DNA from: the human T2T-CHM13v2.0 reference genome, Homo sapiens
DNA: 64,000 nucleotides
Direction: 5' to 3' (one strand)
Assembly: GCF_009914755.1 (NCBI RefSeq)
Contig: NC_060936.1
Shown here piece after piece: positions 1 through 13,289 of the stretch. Every line of letters starts with the position of its first letter. Positions within the stretch are counted from its first letter, which is position 1. The position numbers and the translations under genes were made by a program. Under the pieces are notes generated by a model. That model worked only from the letters and a program-made list of their open reading frames with translations, searched no databases and had not been told where the DNA came from.

Positions 1-244
1 AGGCTTAGGGAGGTGAAGTCATTTGCTTAAAATCACACGAGGAGCCGTCACCTGAGCTGGGGTTGGAACTCGTGCCTGTGGAAACTCATGCCCTTATGCC
101 TGCCCTTAACAGGGAACAATGCCCAGAATTTGAGAAGGTCATCTGGCCTCCCCCATTTCCATATGGAATGACAGGTGTCACCTTGAAGAAATTTAGAGTT
201 GGCTGTTACATTCTTCCATGAAAGGAGCTGTGGTTTATTTGCTT

Positions 245-900
245 TTGGATTAGACCTGGGTTCAAATTCTGGCTAAGGCACTTACCAGCCGTCCTGGTCT
301 TGGCCTTATTTATCTGTCCTCTGTTCTTTTCTGATTACAGGGGCCACATCCCTACAGCCCACATCTTCCACACTTCTTTGTCACTTGGCTTCCTGCTGGG
401 TTTGTCCAGTGGGAGGCAATGGCATTACAGGAGAAGGCAGAAGGAAGGAAAGACCAAGGAATTTCTTCCCCTCCCTCTCTGCCTCTGGAAGGTTTGTTGA
501 CTCTTCCAAGTTTCCAGCTTCTACTGGGTGACACTGGCCCCAAGGCTCTAGGAATCCTACCTTCTCCCTTCATCCCCCCCAGCCTTGGGTAGTAACCACT
601 TTCTGCTGTTGCTAGTCTCTGGCTGGCCTCACCCTCCCTTATAGCCTCAGCTCCCTCCTTACCCATGTAACCAATCCCCTGCATTAAATTCTCTCTGTCG
701 TAAATACTTGAAACAGTTTCGGATTTCTTGATTTGATTTTGACCGAGACACCAGCTAAGTTGACTGCTTCTTTTAGCCTTGATTTCCCTATCCGTAAAAT
801 GGAGATAATAATAGTACCTTCTACCTAAGGTATTTGTGAGGATCAAATGAGTTAATTTTAGTTAAACCCTTGGCTCAGTTTCTGGCATATAATAAAAAGT
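245..900 (+). mobile_element. MIR split by an LTR (MIR parts ~245-289 and ~751-900)
   Basis: CCTGGGTTCAAATTCTGGC...CACTTAC before the LTR, and GTAAAATGGAGATAATAATAGTACC...GTGAGGATCAAATGAG after it. Confidence 0.75.
290..750 (+). mobile_element. ERVL solo LTR, LTR33-like
   Basis: 3' end GTAACCAATCCCCTGCATTAAATTCTCTCTG...GAGACA; perfect 5-bp TSD CCAGC (285-289 and 751-755). Confidence 0.7.
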
Positions 901-2266
901 TTTCCCAGCTTGGAGACCTTAGGCATGCATTTCCCGCAACAATTTAAGCAGCATAATGAATTCTATAGTTAGCCAGAGAGCTTTATTTTGTTTCACTTTT
1001 TTGAAAAGTGTTGGTTCTGGGTATGCATATTAATGAATATCACCAGAAAAATACACTCCAGTGACTAAGCCTGGGAACTTAGTCTAACAGCTTTTGCCCT
1101 TCTCTCTTCCTCCTCTCTTTCACCTCAAGGAGTGGGCAAGCCAGCACCTTTTCTCAGCACCATGCATAGCCAAGTGGATGCAGAGAAAATGCTGAACTTT
1201 CAGAATTTCTTGAGGTTCCTGAAAGCCTCTGTGTCATCATGAAACAGAAGCTCATCTTACAAATCTGTCTTTCATAGAAGCTTCAGTTACTGATGCCAAA
1301 TGTCAACATATCAAATTGTTGGCTAATTTTAGCCTTATCAATGTCTTGCAGACATGTAATTAACACCACAGTTCAGCAGCAATTCAGGCGCGGAGTTCCA
1401 TTTTGCATCATGATTTTCGAGACCTTGACCATTAGTGCTAAGGTTCAAAGTCTGAAAGTGCCATCTCCATATGGGATGTCTCCTGTTCCTCCACACCTCC
1501 ACTTGTCCTTTTAAAATCAGAATCAAAATGGTCCAAGCTCCCATTTCATGTATTGTAGGATGTCCAGTGCCTTCTTGGATATACCTGGGAATCTCAGAGG
1601 GCTTTTGCACTCCCAGTCACTTCTCGTGTGGAATTCTAGATGGGTCCATGTGGTGGATGGTGTCTTGCCTCCTGAAGCTGTTGTTTCCTCTTCATCTTAC
1701 TTTAAACATTGCCCACCCCCTGCCTCAGAACATCCCCAGATGTTCTGGCAACTTCTGTGTAGTAGGCTTTTACTGAAGGCTTGAAAATGGCTGAGCTGGA
1801 CCATGGCTCAAAACAAAACAGAAAACAAGTTAAAATGGAATAGTCAACACTGTACATTTCCTTAGCCTCTCCCACCGTAGGAATTTTCTCATCAATTGCC
1901 TTTCCTGTTGGGCTCCCCTGTGCTGCCATATGGCTGGGGCTTTTCACTTCCTCCAGCTCTCTTATCTCAGCTTCTCTCATTTTGGATTGCTCCTTAATCT
2001 TGTCTAGTGACCCATCAATCTCCAGACTCCAAATTCACACTACTTTTGTATAGAGGGTAAAAACATTTTTGTTCTTTCCCTCCCACTAGAATTCCTTGTA
2101 GACATAGAGCTGTCTTTGTTTAGAAGACCGCTTTAATGAGAGTTTGGGGAGAGAGTGAGCTTTCGACCCCCATGTCACCGGTCTCACTCCAAAGCATCAA
2201 AGACAGTGGAAGGGGATAGAGATGGGAGGAGAAGAGAGGCCTCAGAAAGTTGGAGAGAGAGAGCTG

Positions 2267-2756
2267 TGTGAGATAAAGTAGCAAATGTAAGAAGCCATGT
2301 CTGCTCATTTCTGCTTGCCAGCCTAATGTCAGAAGCCTCTGACTCTGTGATGACACCCATCTCTCTGGAAACATGTGTTGAAGACAAAAGAGGATACAGC
2401 ACACAGGCCCCCCATGTCTTTTGCCTGAGTCACTACATTCCTTAAAAGATAAGTGACCCTAGTCCTTGCCTTTTCCTACACATAAGATATCATCTGATGG
2501 GGTTAGCGATTGTGCCTCTATAATCTATAACCAGATGTACTCTTACATCCAACTTGGATGTGATTTTGCACGTACTAAACCTCTACCACCTGTATATAAG
2601 CAGTGCGCTAAAATACTGCACCAGAGCAGTCTGATAGAGCTCTCTAAAGGACTGTTCCCAGGCTATAGGCTTCCTTCAGTCCACAGTCCTCAGTAAGACT
2701 TCTGAATAAAGCTAACTTTAATTCTTTAAGAGCTTGATTTTTTTCTCTAGTTGACA
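2267..2756 (+). mobile_element. ERV1-class solo LTR (MER66-like)
   Basis: TG...CA termini, TATATAA at 2593-2599, AATAAA at 2705-2710, near-TSD GCTG/CCTG. Confidence 0.7.
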
Positions 2757-3129
2757 CCTGGGAGAGTTGAAAGTCCAAGCGAGATCCCAGGAGAAATTTT
2801 GGGATTGGTGATGTTTACAGTGTCCATCAGCCATTGTTCATGTTGCCATGATAGATGTCTCTTCTTTGGGCCCCCTGTGGAATATTCAGTTAAAGAGAAC
2901 ATTATTAAGGCATTCTTGCTGTGGGTAGACTCTTCCGGGAAATTGGAGAGGAAATGTTGTATACGAAGTTCATGTATCTGAAGAAGCATCCACAGCAGCA
3001 GGAGCCACGGCACCGAGACGGCCATGAGGAAATCAGCTTTTGAGACATGAGGAAATGTAGGGACAAGACTGTTCTGGAATGTGCAGATATTTAGGAGTTG
3101 AGCTTTGGGACTTCATTAGGCAGTGAGAT

Positions 3130-3370
3130 TGATGAGAGCTGAGGTCCCAGCAGGAAACAGTTGGCATTCTCAGACTGGGTTATTTGAGGAGAATTTAACT
3201 CAGGGCTGTTTTCGAAACAATGAATACAGTCCAGGGAAACCAACAAGAAATAGTGGAGGATCCTGGGGCTGCTGTCAGGGCTGGGGGAGAAAGTCAGGTT
3301 TATTGCTGGGTAAATGCTGCACCTGACATCCCAGCATGGTGAGGACCAAAGGAGCTTGGGGTGGCACATG
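3130..3370 (-). mobile_element. ERVL LTR fragment (LTR41-like)
   Basis: CAGCAGGAAACAGTTGGCATTCTCAGACTGGGTTATTTGAGGAGAATTTAA resembles the antisense LTR41 3' end. Confidence 0.5.
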
Positions 3371-3375
3371 GCTTG

Positions 3376-3895
3376 TGTATTAGCTTCTTATGGCTGCTGT
3401 AATAAATTACTACAAACTTAGTTGCTTGAACTAATACATATGCATTATCATCTTATGACTGTGAAGATCAGCAGTCCAGAATGGGCCTCAAAGGGCTAAA
3501 ATCAAGGTGTTGGCAGGGCTGTGTTCCTCCTGGAAGCTCTAGGGGAGGAGAATTTGCTTTCCTGCCTTTTCCAGCTTCTAGCGGCTGCACATATTCCTCA
3601 GCTCCTTGTCCCCATGCAATCCTATCCCTCCAACCTCTTGCTTCTGCCATCCCGTGTCCTACTTCCTCTTCTGTAGTCAAATCTCCCTCTGCCTCTGTCT
3701 TATTCAGACACTTGTGATTACACTTAAAGTTCCCTCCAGATAATAGAGAATCATCTCTGCATCTTGACATCTGACAAATCCCATCTTGCAAGTTCTCTTT
3801 GGCTGGGTAAGGTAACATAGTCACAGGTTCTGGGGATTAGGACGTAGACCTCTTGGGGGTGGGTGGGGAGGAGCAGCAGTATTCTGCCTACCGCA
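3376..3895 (-). mobile_element. MaLR LTR (MLT1C/D-like)
   Basis: TGTATTAGCTTCTTATGGCTGCTGTAATAAATTAC...ATTCTGCCTACCGCA; TSD GCTTG/GCGTG. Confidence 0.85.
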
Positions 3896-4702
3896 GCGTG
3901 GAACACTCCAGGCTCCGCATTTGTTCACTGTGGTTCCCACAGGCAGACCAAACCACATCACCTTTGCTGCAGGAGCAACTCTAGATGTGCCACTGGGTAT
4001 CAAGCATCCCACCTGCAATATTTGTTTCCCATCAGAGAGATGCAGGGGTTTTTCCATAGAGACTACACTTGGAGAAACCCAGCTCCACACCGTCTGGTGT
4101 TGCTCACTCTGCAAGCATGTCTGCTCCCTGGCTACTGTGTACGCTGCTAAAAACAAAGCCAACAAACTCTTCTCTGTATCCTCCCAGCAGCCTCATGGGG
4201 AATCGCACAGGGTAGGCGCTCGGTAAATGTTGTGGCTCATCAGTCTTCTTACAGGACTGTTTTGAGTAGTTGGGCTGGATGAAGTACATCTTGAATAGGA
4301 GTTTAGGGTTTTTTTTTCCCCCCAAGGGCAATAGGGAGTCACTGAAGGTGTCAAGTAAGAGCATGACAAGATTTGTGGCAAGAAATGGAAAAAGATTTGA
4401 TGTTCCAGTAAGAGGAGGCTTTGGGCAAATATGTGGAGATAGGATTTTTGAAAATACAGGTTTGGGGACTGCTAAGATTTCATGGGGTGATGTGGGCAAG
4501 ATTTTCTTCTGATTTGCCTCCATCAACACTTTATAATTGTGTACACACACGCTTTCACCCTCAGGCTCTGAGCCTGATTATCTTTGTAACCCCCACAGTG
4601 TAGCACTGGCCTGGCACATAGTAGGCGTTAATTAAAATTTTGGTGAGTCATACTGAACTTGGCAAGCCACTTGACCTTGACTGTTCCAGGCTTCAGTTTT
4701 CT

Positions 4703-5004
4703 TTCTTTCTTTCTTTTTTTCCAAGACAGAGTCTTGCTCTGTAGCCCAGGCTGGATTGCAGTGGTGCGATCTCGGCTCACTGAAACCTCTGTCTCCCAGG
4801 TTCAAGCAATTCTCATGCCCCAGCCTCCCGAGTAGCTGGGATTACAGGCACCTGCTACCATGCCTGGCTAATTTTTGTACTTTTAGTAGAGACAAGGTTT
4901 CACCATGTTGGCCTGGCTGGTCTCAAACTCCTGACCTCAAGTGATCCACCTGCCTTGGCCTCCCAAAGTGCCAGGATTACATGCGTGAGCCACCATACCC
5001 GGCC
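4703..5004 (-). mobile_element. Alu (AluS-like)
   Basis: Full dimer; 15-bp TSD AGGCTTCAGTTTTCT (4688-4702 and 5005-5019); inserted in a MIR relic. Confidence 0.95.
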
Positions 5005-5199
5005 AGGCTTCAGTTTTCTATTTGTAAAACAAAAGAGTGAGACTAGAGCCCTCACAACTCTGACTCCGTGGTATTTAAAATCCTGCTTCTTTTCATGGGC
5101 AGCATTTATCTGGAGACCCATATTTCGGAGGGGAGTTGGGCTGGAAAACTCTGAGGATTTCCGCAGCTCTGGGACTTTTAGATTTATAGCTGCTTGTAA

Positions 5200-5432
5200 C
5201 ATTTATCAAGAATTTGTGTGTGCCAGAGACTATTCTCAGGCCTTGCAGGGGGTCATCTCATCAACTCTTTGCAGGAGTCCTATAAAGAAAGGCACTATTA
5301 GCCCCATTCTACAGATGAGGGAACTGAGGCTCAGAGAGTCAAGGGGGTTGACAAGGTCGCACAGTCAGGGGAGACAGGGCTGGGATTTGAACACAGTTCC
5401 CCTGACTCCAGAAACCAGCCTTTACTCTGTGC
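5200..5432 (-). mobile_element. MIR
   Basis: CCCATTCTACAGATGAGGGAACTGAGGCTCAGAGAG...GGGATTTGAAC core. Confidence 0.85.
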
Positions 5433-5469
5433 TCTGATGTTTGGATTCTTCTTTCAGTTTTGTTTCGTT

Positions 5470-6190
5470 TTGTTTTAACCTCTAAACATCTCAAGCATGT
5501 GTATCCCAGGAAAAAAGATATTCTCTTACATTGCCACAGTTCAGTTTTCAAAAGCAGGGAATTTACCATCTCTCCAACATTATCATCTAATCCACAGCTT
5601 ATTTTCAAAGTGTTTCAACTGTCCCAGTAATCTTCTCTTTATTCTCTGTCCAAGATCTAATCCAGGATTGTGCATTGTATTGAGTTGTCATGTCTTCTTA
5701 ACATTTCCTCTGGAGCAGTTCTTGGCCTTTCTTTGTTTCTTGACTTTGACATCTTTGACGCTTCCAGGCCTTCAGTGTGAGCTTTCCTGATGCTTCTGTG
5801 TGTTTAGATTCAGGTTGTGCATTTTTGGCAGGGATGATGCAGAAATGATCTGAATTCTCCCCAGTGCATTTTATCTGGAGGCACCTGCTATTGGTTTGTC
5901 TTATTCCTGGTGAAGTTGATCACTTATGGTTAATACATTTTTCCACTGTAAAGATACAGTTTCCCCCTTTGTAATGAATAAGAGATTTGTGGGGAGATAC
6001 TTTGAAACTACTAAATATATTGCTATTTATCACACTTTCACTCATTGGTTTTAGCATCCTTTGAGGGTTTTCTAACTCCATCATTCCTTTTGCAGTTCTT
6101 AGTTGGCTTAGAGCTTCTCTTCTTCCCACCCTCCATTTATTCATTTTATTCACATTTATGTATATTGACATGGACTCATGGAGCCATTAA
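5470..6190 (-). mobile_element. Old L1 3' region (L1MC-like)
   Basis: GATCTAATCCAGGATTGTGCATTGTATTGAGTTGTCATGTC and TTGTGGGGAGATACTTTGAAACTA motifs. Confidence 0.7.
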
Positions 6191-7339
6191 AATCCATGTA
6201 AGCTGATTTCCCTCTGGTTGTTTTTGCCAGGTGAGCTATTGCTTCCTCATTTGTTCCCAGTGTGAATTCAGCTCATCTTACCATTTGAAAATCCAAAGAC
6301 TTCAACTGCCTGGAAATCTTCAGTTTTAGCTAGAAAGGAGCAAAATCACAGACTTCTGCCCTAAGGAGGAGGGAGAGGAGTGAGTGGGGAGTCTGACTGC
6401 TCACTCCATTCCCATAGCTCATCTTCCAGCAATGGCCATCCTCCAGCAGTGGGGTGCACCACAGGGTCAGGGGAGGTGGCTTCCAATTCTGTGGTTTCCT
6501 GGTGGTGGTCATTTCTGTATGTCAGTCTCTCTCCTTCCTCTGTTTGTGATTGTGGAACTGTAGATGCCTCTTTAAGAGGCAGGAGTGTTTATGAGCTTCC
6601 CCGAGGAAATCCAGGAAGGTCATTTCAGACTCATCTTGCAGTTTTCTCTTCTTAAAGAGTGAATCCAGATGAGGTTAAGTCCCCTTGCAACCTGTTCTTC
6701 CTTGTCAGAGTACTACGTGTGTTTCACATCTTTTTTCTTTCCTCCTTTTCCTCCCTTTTTCCTTCTTACCTTCTTTCATCCCTCCCTCTTTTCCTTTAGC
6801 AAATGAATGCTCTTGAACACCTACTATGCGTTCATCCACCAACAAGACAAACACAACCTGCTCTCAAGCTCTCCTGTGGCAAACATACATTAAACAATGT
6901 CACAATTAAATGCATGATCACACACTTTGATAAGTGCTGCAACAGAATGTCAGAGGAGGGACGTACATGCTCATGTGACAAATGAAGAAGCAGAGGTACA
7001 GACTCCACAGCCACCACCCAGAGTCAGGGAAGGTGTAGAAGCCAGACCTCCAAATACCCACCCTGCCCTCCATCACTCAACCCAAGCCTTAGGTGTTGAG
7101 GGAACAAACCTCACCGAGATCTCAGGTGGGCCAAGCATAAGGCTGCTCTCAGGCTAATTAACGATGCCCTTCTTTTATAGGAAAAATTGCTGGAAGTTGT
7201 AGGAGAGCAAATATTTACCTTCTCCACCAACCAAAGAGTCAGCTTAAGTAAAATGCGAACATCTGTCTCTTGTGTAAAAAAAGACCTGTGCAGGTGTAGC
7301 ATCAGAGGAAGGTGGCTCTGCAAGACCTGTCTCCTTCTC

Positions 7340-7500
7340 TGCCAGGTCTTTCGGCCCTGCTCTCTGTCTCTGTCTGTCTTGGGTCTGTCTCCGGCAGTTT
7401 CTCTGCCTCGTGCTCTCTGTGTCTCTGTTTCTGCCAGTCAGCTGCCTCTGTCTCAGTCTCTCTCTGTCTCACCTCTCTCCCCATCTCTTTCCCCAGCCTC
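7340..7500 (+). repeat. TC-rich low-complexity tract
   Basis: Degenerate (CTCTGT)n-like sequence. Confidence 0.6.
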
Positions 7501-7736
7501 CCGTTCTGTGTCCCAGCCAGGATCAATTCTTTGAAGTGTCCCTGGGATGCCACCTTCTTCCAACCTCCCAGCCATTGCAGGTGTTCTTCCACTTTCTGGG
7601 AGTGGTTGTGTCTGTGCCCCCTTCCCAAATTTCTGCCTATGTTATTCATCCTTTAGGTCTGAGTTTAAATGTCACCTTATATTTTGAGAATCCTAAACTC
7701 CACAAGAGCAAGGATTTTTGTCTTGTTTCCACTGCT

Positions 7737-8116
7737 TGCTATGGTCTGCAGGTTTGTGTCCTCTCCTTCCTCCCACCTACCATACCACTCCCCACCCCAA
7801 ATTCCTATGTTGAAATTCTAACCTTCAAGGTTATGGTGTTAGGGTAGTGGGACCTTTGGGAGGTGGTTAGGTCATGGACTGGAGCCCTCATGAGTGGGAT
7901 TAGTGCTCTTATGAAAGAGGCCCAAGAGAGACCCCTTGCCCTTCCACCATGTGAGGACACAGTGAAAAGACGGCCATTTATGAACCAGGAAGTGGGTCCT
8001 CATCAGACATCAAATCTGCTGGTGCTTTGATCTTGGACTTTCCAGCCTCCAGAACTATAAGAAATAAATTTCTGTTATTTTTAAAGCTCTTATGGCATCC
8101 TAAACAGACTAAGACA
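7737..8116 (+). mobile_element. MaLR LTR (MLT1A0-like) inserted into an L2 relic
   Basis: TGCTATGGTCTG...GACTAAGACA; TSD CTGCT/GTGCT. Confidence 0.88.
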
Positions 8117-8344
8117 GTGCTGTATCTCTAGTGCCTTTTAATGACATTTCTATGACTATAACTTATTTGCTGATTGAATTAATTGCATCTAGAACAGTGC
8201 CTGGCACATAGCAAGTGCTCGGTCAATATTTGTTGAATGAATGAGTAAATGAATCAATAGTAGGTCTGTTCTGATCTCCCTCGATTTGGGTCTGTGCCCC
8301 CATAGCACCCTGCCCTACCACTGTCATAGTTCTTATCTCTATTG

Positions 8345-8757
8345 TAATCTCTTAGTTGTGGCTTAGGCTGCTGTAACAAGACCTCAACAATGATCCGAAG
8401 GCATCAGGAATATAGAAGTTTATTTCTTTTATGTGAAACAGTCCAGGGTGACTGCTCCAAGTGAACAAGTGGTCCTTACAGTTATTCATGGACCCATTAG
8501 CGTGGACTGACAGCAGCTCTTCCATCCTCAACGCCTGGCAGCCAGGAGCCCCTTCTTGCAGCAGAGGTTAAAGAGCATAGAGAAGCAGCTGGATTTCGGG
8601 GGCCAACCTGGAAGAGACACACATGCCTTCAACTCACATTCTGATGGAGACAGGTGGCTCCATCTAACTGCAAGGAAGGCTGGGAAATGCAGTCCAGCGT
8701 GTGCCCTGGAAGATGGGGAGAAAAGACTTGCGGGGCAGCTGGCAGCCTCTGCCACAT
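8345..8757 (-). mobile_element. Old MaLR LTR (MLT1J-like)
   Basis: GGCTGCTGTAACAAGAC...CTAACTGCAAGGAAGGCTGGGAAATGCAGTC. Confidence 0.6.
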
Positions 8758-8874
8758 CTGGGTGCCTGCATGAATTGCTCACTGGGCTGTAAGTCCTATG
8801 AGGGCAGAGAACATGTCTGTGCAGTCATCCTTGTGTCTCTAGTACCTGATGCACAGCCTGACTCATTATAGATC

Positions 8875-9375
<501 letters not shown>

Positions 9376-9539
9376 CATTGACCCTGAATAAATGAATACA
9401 TGCATGCCTGAATGACCAGATGTGCCACCAGATGTTGACACACTGTGCCAGAGGCTACGAACTGATATTTTGGGAGATGACATGTTTTGTTTGCCTTGTA
9501 TGGGGCTTAATTTTTTTTTTTTAATTATGCCAATTCCCA

Positions 9540-9622
9540 AGATTTAAAAGCTGGAACATGCCATATCATACTTTGGACTTTTGGTCTCTCTTGAAAAATC
9601 AGATGATCTGGCAACACTGGGA
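9540..9622. mobile_element. hAT DNA transposon fragment (MER102-like)
   Basis: CTCTTGAAAAATCAGATGATCTGGCAACACTGGG. Confidence 0.45.
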
Positions 9623-10859
9623 TCCTTGAGGATGCTCTCATGTTCTTCTTTATGTTCACTCTCCATCCCTTCACCCATTTGTTGCCTACCTGGAAGCTGA
9701 AAGGCATTTGCATATGATTCTCTCATCTGAGTAACCTTCTGTGCATTATCTCAAGAATTTCAGCTTTTTCTAGAGTCAGGAGAGAGAGAGTGATGTGTTG
9801 TCAAGGCCATTCTAGGCTGGGCACTTTTCCTGCCTCTGCCTTCAATCCATTTGATCCAACAGCCCCCAGCCCAGCCCACTGGAAACAGAAATAGATTTTG
9901 TTGATTTCGTCAGTGTTCTGGGATGTGGGCAGACAATGTAGTGGGATGAGCTCTGAACCAGGAGTCAGGGTGTGGGGTGCTTCCCTGGGCTTGCATTAAC
10001 TGAGTAATCTTAGAGACAGGACATTTTTCCTTCCCAGCTCTCATCTGTAAAAGGAGGCAATTGAACTCAATCATCTTTCAGTTCCCTTTCTACTCTCCGA
10101 CTCTCAGAATTACATCCCATTTTAAAGATTCAGCGTTTTCTCCTTTGAGAAGGGTCATTTCTGAGGTAGAAATCTGCTTGGTTTATGACTCGTCCCTGAA
10201 ATAAAGATACTGACACATCTTTTCCTGATAGAAATCAGCCATTTGCCAGTGCTGTATCCAACCATGCAAAGCTATATGGCAATTAATTAAATCAGTAAAT
10301 AAATTATTGTCATACAAATCCCATTAACAGGTGAGAAAGGAGAGATTACATCTTTTAGAAGAGAGCTTAAACATTAATGTCTGCCTTCTTTAAAGAAGAG
10401 CTTATTTTTTATCTCTCAACCAGACTAATAGTTTGTTTATAGCAAATGCTCCCAGAAAGAGATATATTAAAAACCCTGATTCACCATGGGCTGAATTAGA
10501 GTTCTCTCTTTTTGTTTTTGTTTTTTTTGTTTTTGAAGGAACCTCACCAAGGAGTCCAGATGTCTGTATCTGCAGGAAAGCATCTCTATGGGATGCTTAA
10601 TAATGCATTCCTGTCTGGTCACTGTTGAGGTAGTTGTGCATGCAAAGTGGTTTCCAAACGAAGGGGGCCTCCTTTCTCCTTCACACTGAAGGTGAAGGAG
10701 ATAGCTTGGAGGTAGATATGGTTCTCTCATCAGCAGGGAGAGCCACTGCATGAACATCTATTATAAGCCTTACAGCACTGCAATTTTATCTTTGTAGAAT
10801 GTGCCTAAACTAGACAAAGGCCACGAGTAATAATGCAGTGGACTTTGTAGTTGTCTCAC

Positions 10860-11290
10860 TGTCTTAGTTTGGGTTCCTACGAAATAGACCCCCAAGTCAG
10901 AGATCCAAGTGTAAGTGGTTTATTGGGAATGTGGTCCCAGGAAACACTAGGAGGGGAGTGGGGACATGAGAAAGTAAGAGAAGGGAGACAAATAGGGTGA
11001 GTCACCAACCCAGTTACTACTGAGGACAACTGGAGCTTAATCCCACTGGGCAAACCTGAGAGCCACTGTAGAACATGCACCTCAGTTGTTCCATCTAAGG
11101 AGTGAGGGAGCTGGGGTATTTATGCACCTACTCTATCATCATTGGTTGAAGGTTGCTCCTTAGGTATATTAATTCCCTGATACTTCTCCTTGACATGAGT
11201 GAGAGTAGAGAGGCCAATAGGGTGCACTGCAATGGTAAGGCCCAAGAGATGGGTGGTATGTAAGAGAGGATGCTGCTATGTCCAATATCC
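10860..11290 (-). mobile_element. ERVL LTR (LTR16-like)
   Basis: TGTCTTAGTTTGGGTTCC...GTAAGTGGTTTATTGGGAATGTGGTCCCAGGAAACAC. Confidence 0.65.
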
Positions 11291-11815
11291 AACTCCCCTC
11301 TTGAAACATGCCTTAACTTTCGTTCCATGTCTTTCCTATTTAGCTTTTGGAGGATGCTGAATCTACTTTCACTCCAGGATCTAGGTCTAAACTAATTGTT
11401 ATAATTCTACCCCTGGCCACAGTTATGGGTTCAGGGGGAGCACATGGACAAGTTAGGCCAATGAGGAGCTAGGGGTTCTGAGAAAACTTTCTCATTCTTC
11501 TGAGAGGGCATCTAAAGTCAGCCTTCTCTCCCCTTGTATGGACCTGGGGAATTAAAGCACATAGCCTTGGGAGTTGTCGGGGACCATCTTGAAACCATGG
11601 AGAGACAGATGGAAGAGGAAGCCAGCACCACAGAAGCCAGGGAAAAGGAAAAAAACCTGAACGTTGGTCTCACCAGTGAGCTGCTGAATCAAGTCATCCT
11701 TGACACTTGGCCTTCCTTAGGACTTTTGGTTATTTGAGCCAATGAATCACTTTATTATTTAACCTCATTGTTGAGTTTTCTGTTCCTTGTAACTGCATAC
11801 TCACTACATGATTCA
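11290..11815 (+). mobile_element. Old MaLR LTR (MLT1K-like)
   Basis: GAGCTGCTGAATCAAG...GGACTTTTGGTTATTTGAGCCAATGAATC...TTTCTGTTCCTTGTAAC. Confidence 0.6.
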
Positions 11816-11924
11816 CACACACATGCTCAGCTTGGGCGAGGGAGGTGAAGTGAGGATGTGGGCTTCATCATGCGATGTTGGTGGGATAATGAAATGATGG
11901 AACTATCCTGGAAGTCATATGCAT

Positions 11925-12170
11925 AGCAGGCAGTACAGTGCTATGATTGTGAGTTTGCCCTTTGGAAGCAGACAGATCCGTCTTTTGTTCTTGGTTCTGC
12001 TGGTTTGTAGTTGTGTGACGTTGAAAGGTTACACACCTCTTTTAGCCTCAGTTTACCTGTCTATAAAATGAAGGATAATAAAAATACCAGCCTTATAGTA
12101 TTGTTCAGAGGTAAAGGAGTGTGAGGCCTGGCATGAAGTCCATGCTCAACATATGCTAATACTAATTATT
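11925..12170 (+). mobile_element. MIR
   Basis: TGTGTGACGTTG...GCCTCAGTTTACCTGTCTATAAAATG. Confidence 0.75.
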
Positions 12171-12263
12171 ATTCCCTTTATGGAGAGAAAATGTGGTCAC
12201 AAGGATCAGAAGCCTTAAGACTGTGCATAAGAGTCAGATAAATGCCTAAAAATATATGTATGA

Positions 12264-12403
12264 GGCTGGGCATGGTAGCTCATGCCTGTAATCCCAGCAC
12301 TTTGGGAGGCTGATGCAGGAGGATTGCTTGAGCCCAGGAGTTTGAACCAGCCTAGGCAACATAGGAAGACCCTGTTCCTATTTTTTAGAAAAGGTTTTTA
12401 AAT
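12264..12403 (+). mobile_element. Free left Alu monomer (FLAM-like)
   Basis: Single left arm bounded by a 16-bp TSD AAAAATATATGTATGA (12248-12263 and 12404-12419). Confidence 0.88.
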
Positions 12404-13289
12404 AAAAATATATGTATGAGAATTTTGTTTGTACCACTCTTTAAATTGGCAAAAAATTGGAAGCAGCATAAATTTTTAACCAATTATAGTATGGCTATAG
12501 TTTAATAACAGGGGTTATTAAAATGATGATGTGTATGATAATATTGTCATGCAAAGATGCTCTTTACATATTGTAGGACAAAATCAGTAAATTTAAATTT
12601 AAAGCAGTAAATAAACATTAGTGCTGCTTTTGTAAGATAGGGTGTGTACCCCAGTGTTAAGATTTGCTCTCTTTGGGGACAGGATGTGGTATTAGGGGTA
12701 AGTTTCAAGCCTTTCTTTTCATGTTATTTAGGTATTTAATTATACAATAAGCACATATGACCTTTGTAATCAGAAAATCCCAATCTTTTATATTTTCAAA
12801 ACACAAACGAGGTCCAATTCTCCTGACTTGCTAAATTATTAAATGCCCCTCATTTTTCTAAATGTAAGATTCGTTTTCACTATTTCCCACAAATGGTATG
12901 GCTCATAGAAAGGATTTTTTCATAACCTTTGTTTGTTTCTCATTACTAGTAATATGTGTCTGTAACAAAAAATTCAATTATAGAAACTTATTACTTAGTT
13001 TCTGCATCTTCCACCCTCACCTTGTTACTCACTCCTAAATTCAAAATGTGTGTATTTTTATCTTTTCAATGCATAAACTTATCTCCTGTGTTTATTTTCT
13101 ATGTATATGCTAATACGTATCTCTTGTATGTCTTCTGTTCAAAACCACAATCATTGGTAAACCACTTCTTTGACTTAACCTTTCAACAAAACAGAAATAT
13201 TACGTTATATGAGCAGGCAAGTCTTTTTTTTTTTTTTTTGAGAAGGCAAGTCTCAATTTCAAAAAATAATTTTAAAAAATTTGCTTCTT

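Noticed and set aside
1153-1173. RE1-like CTCAGCACCATGCATAGCC
   Set aside because: The left half-site is good, but the GGACAG half has two mismatches; probably at most a weak site.
4756-5437. ORFs resembling 'Alu-derived hypothetical proteins' (also at 16.9, 34.5, 37.3, 41.5 and 57.3 kb)
   Set aside because: They are Alu translations, a well-known artefact.
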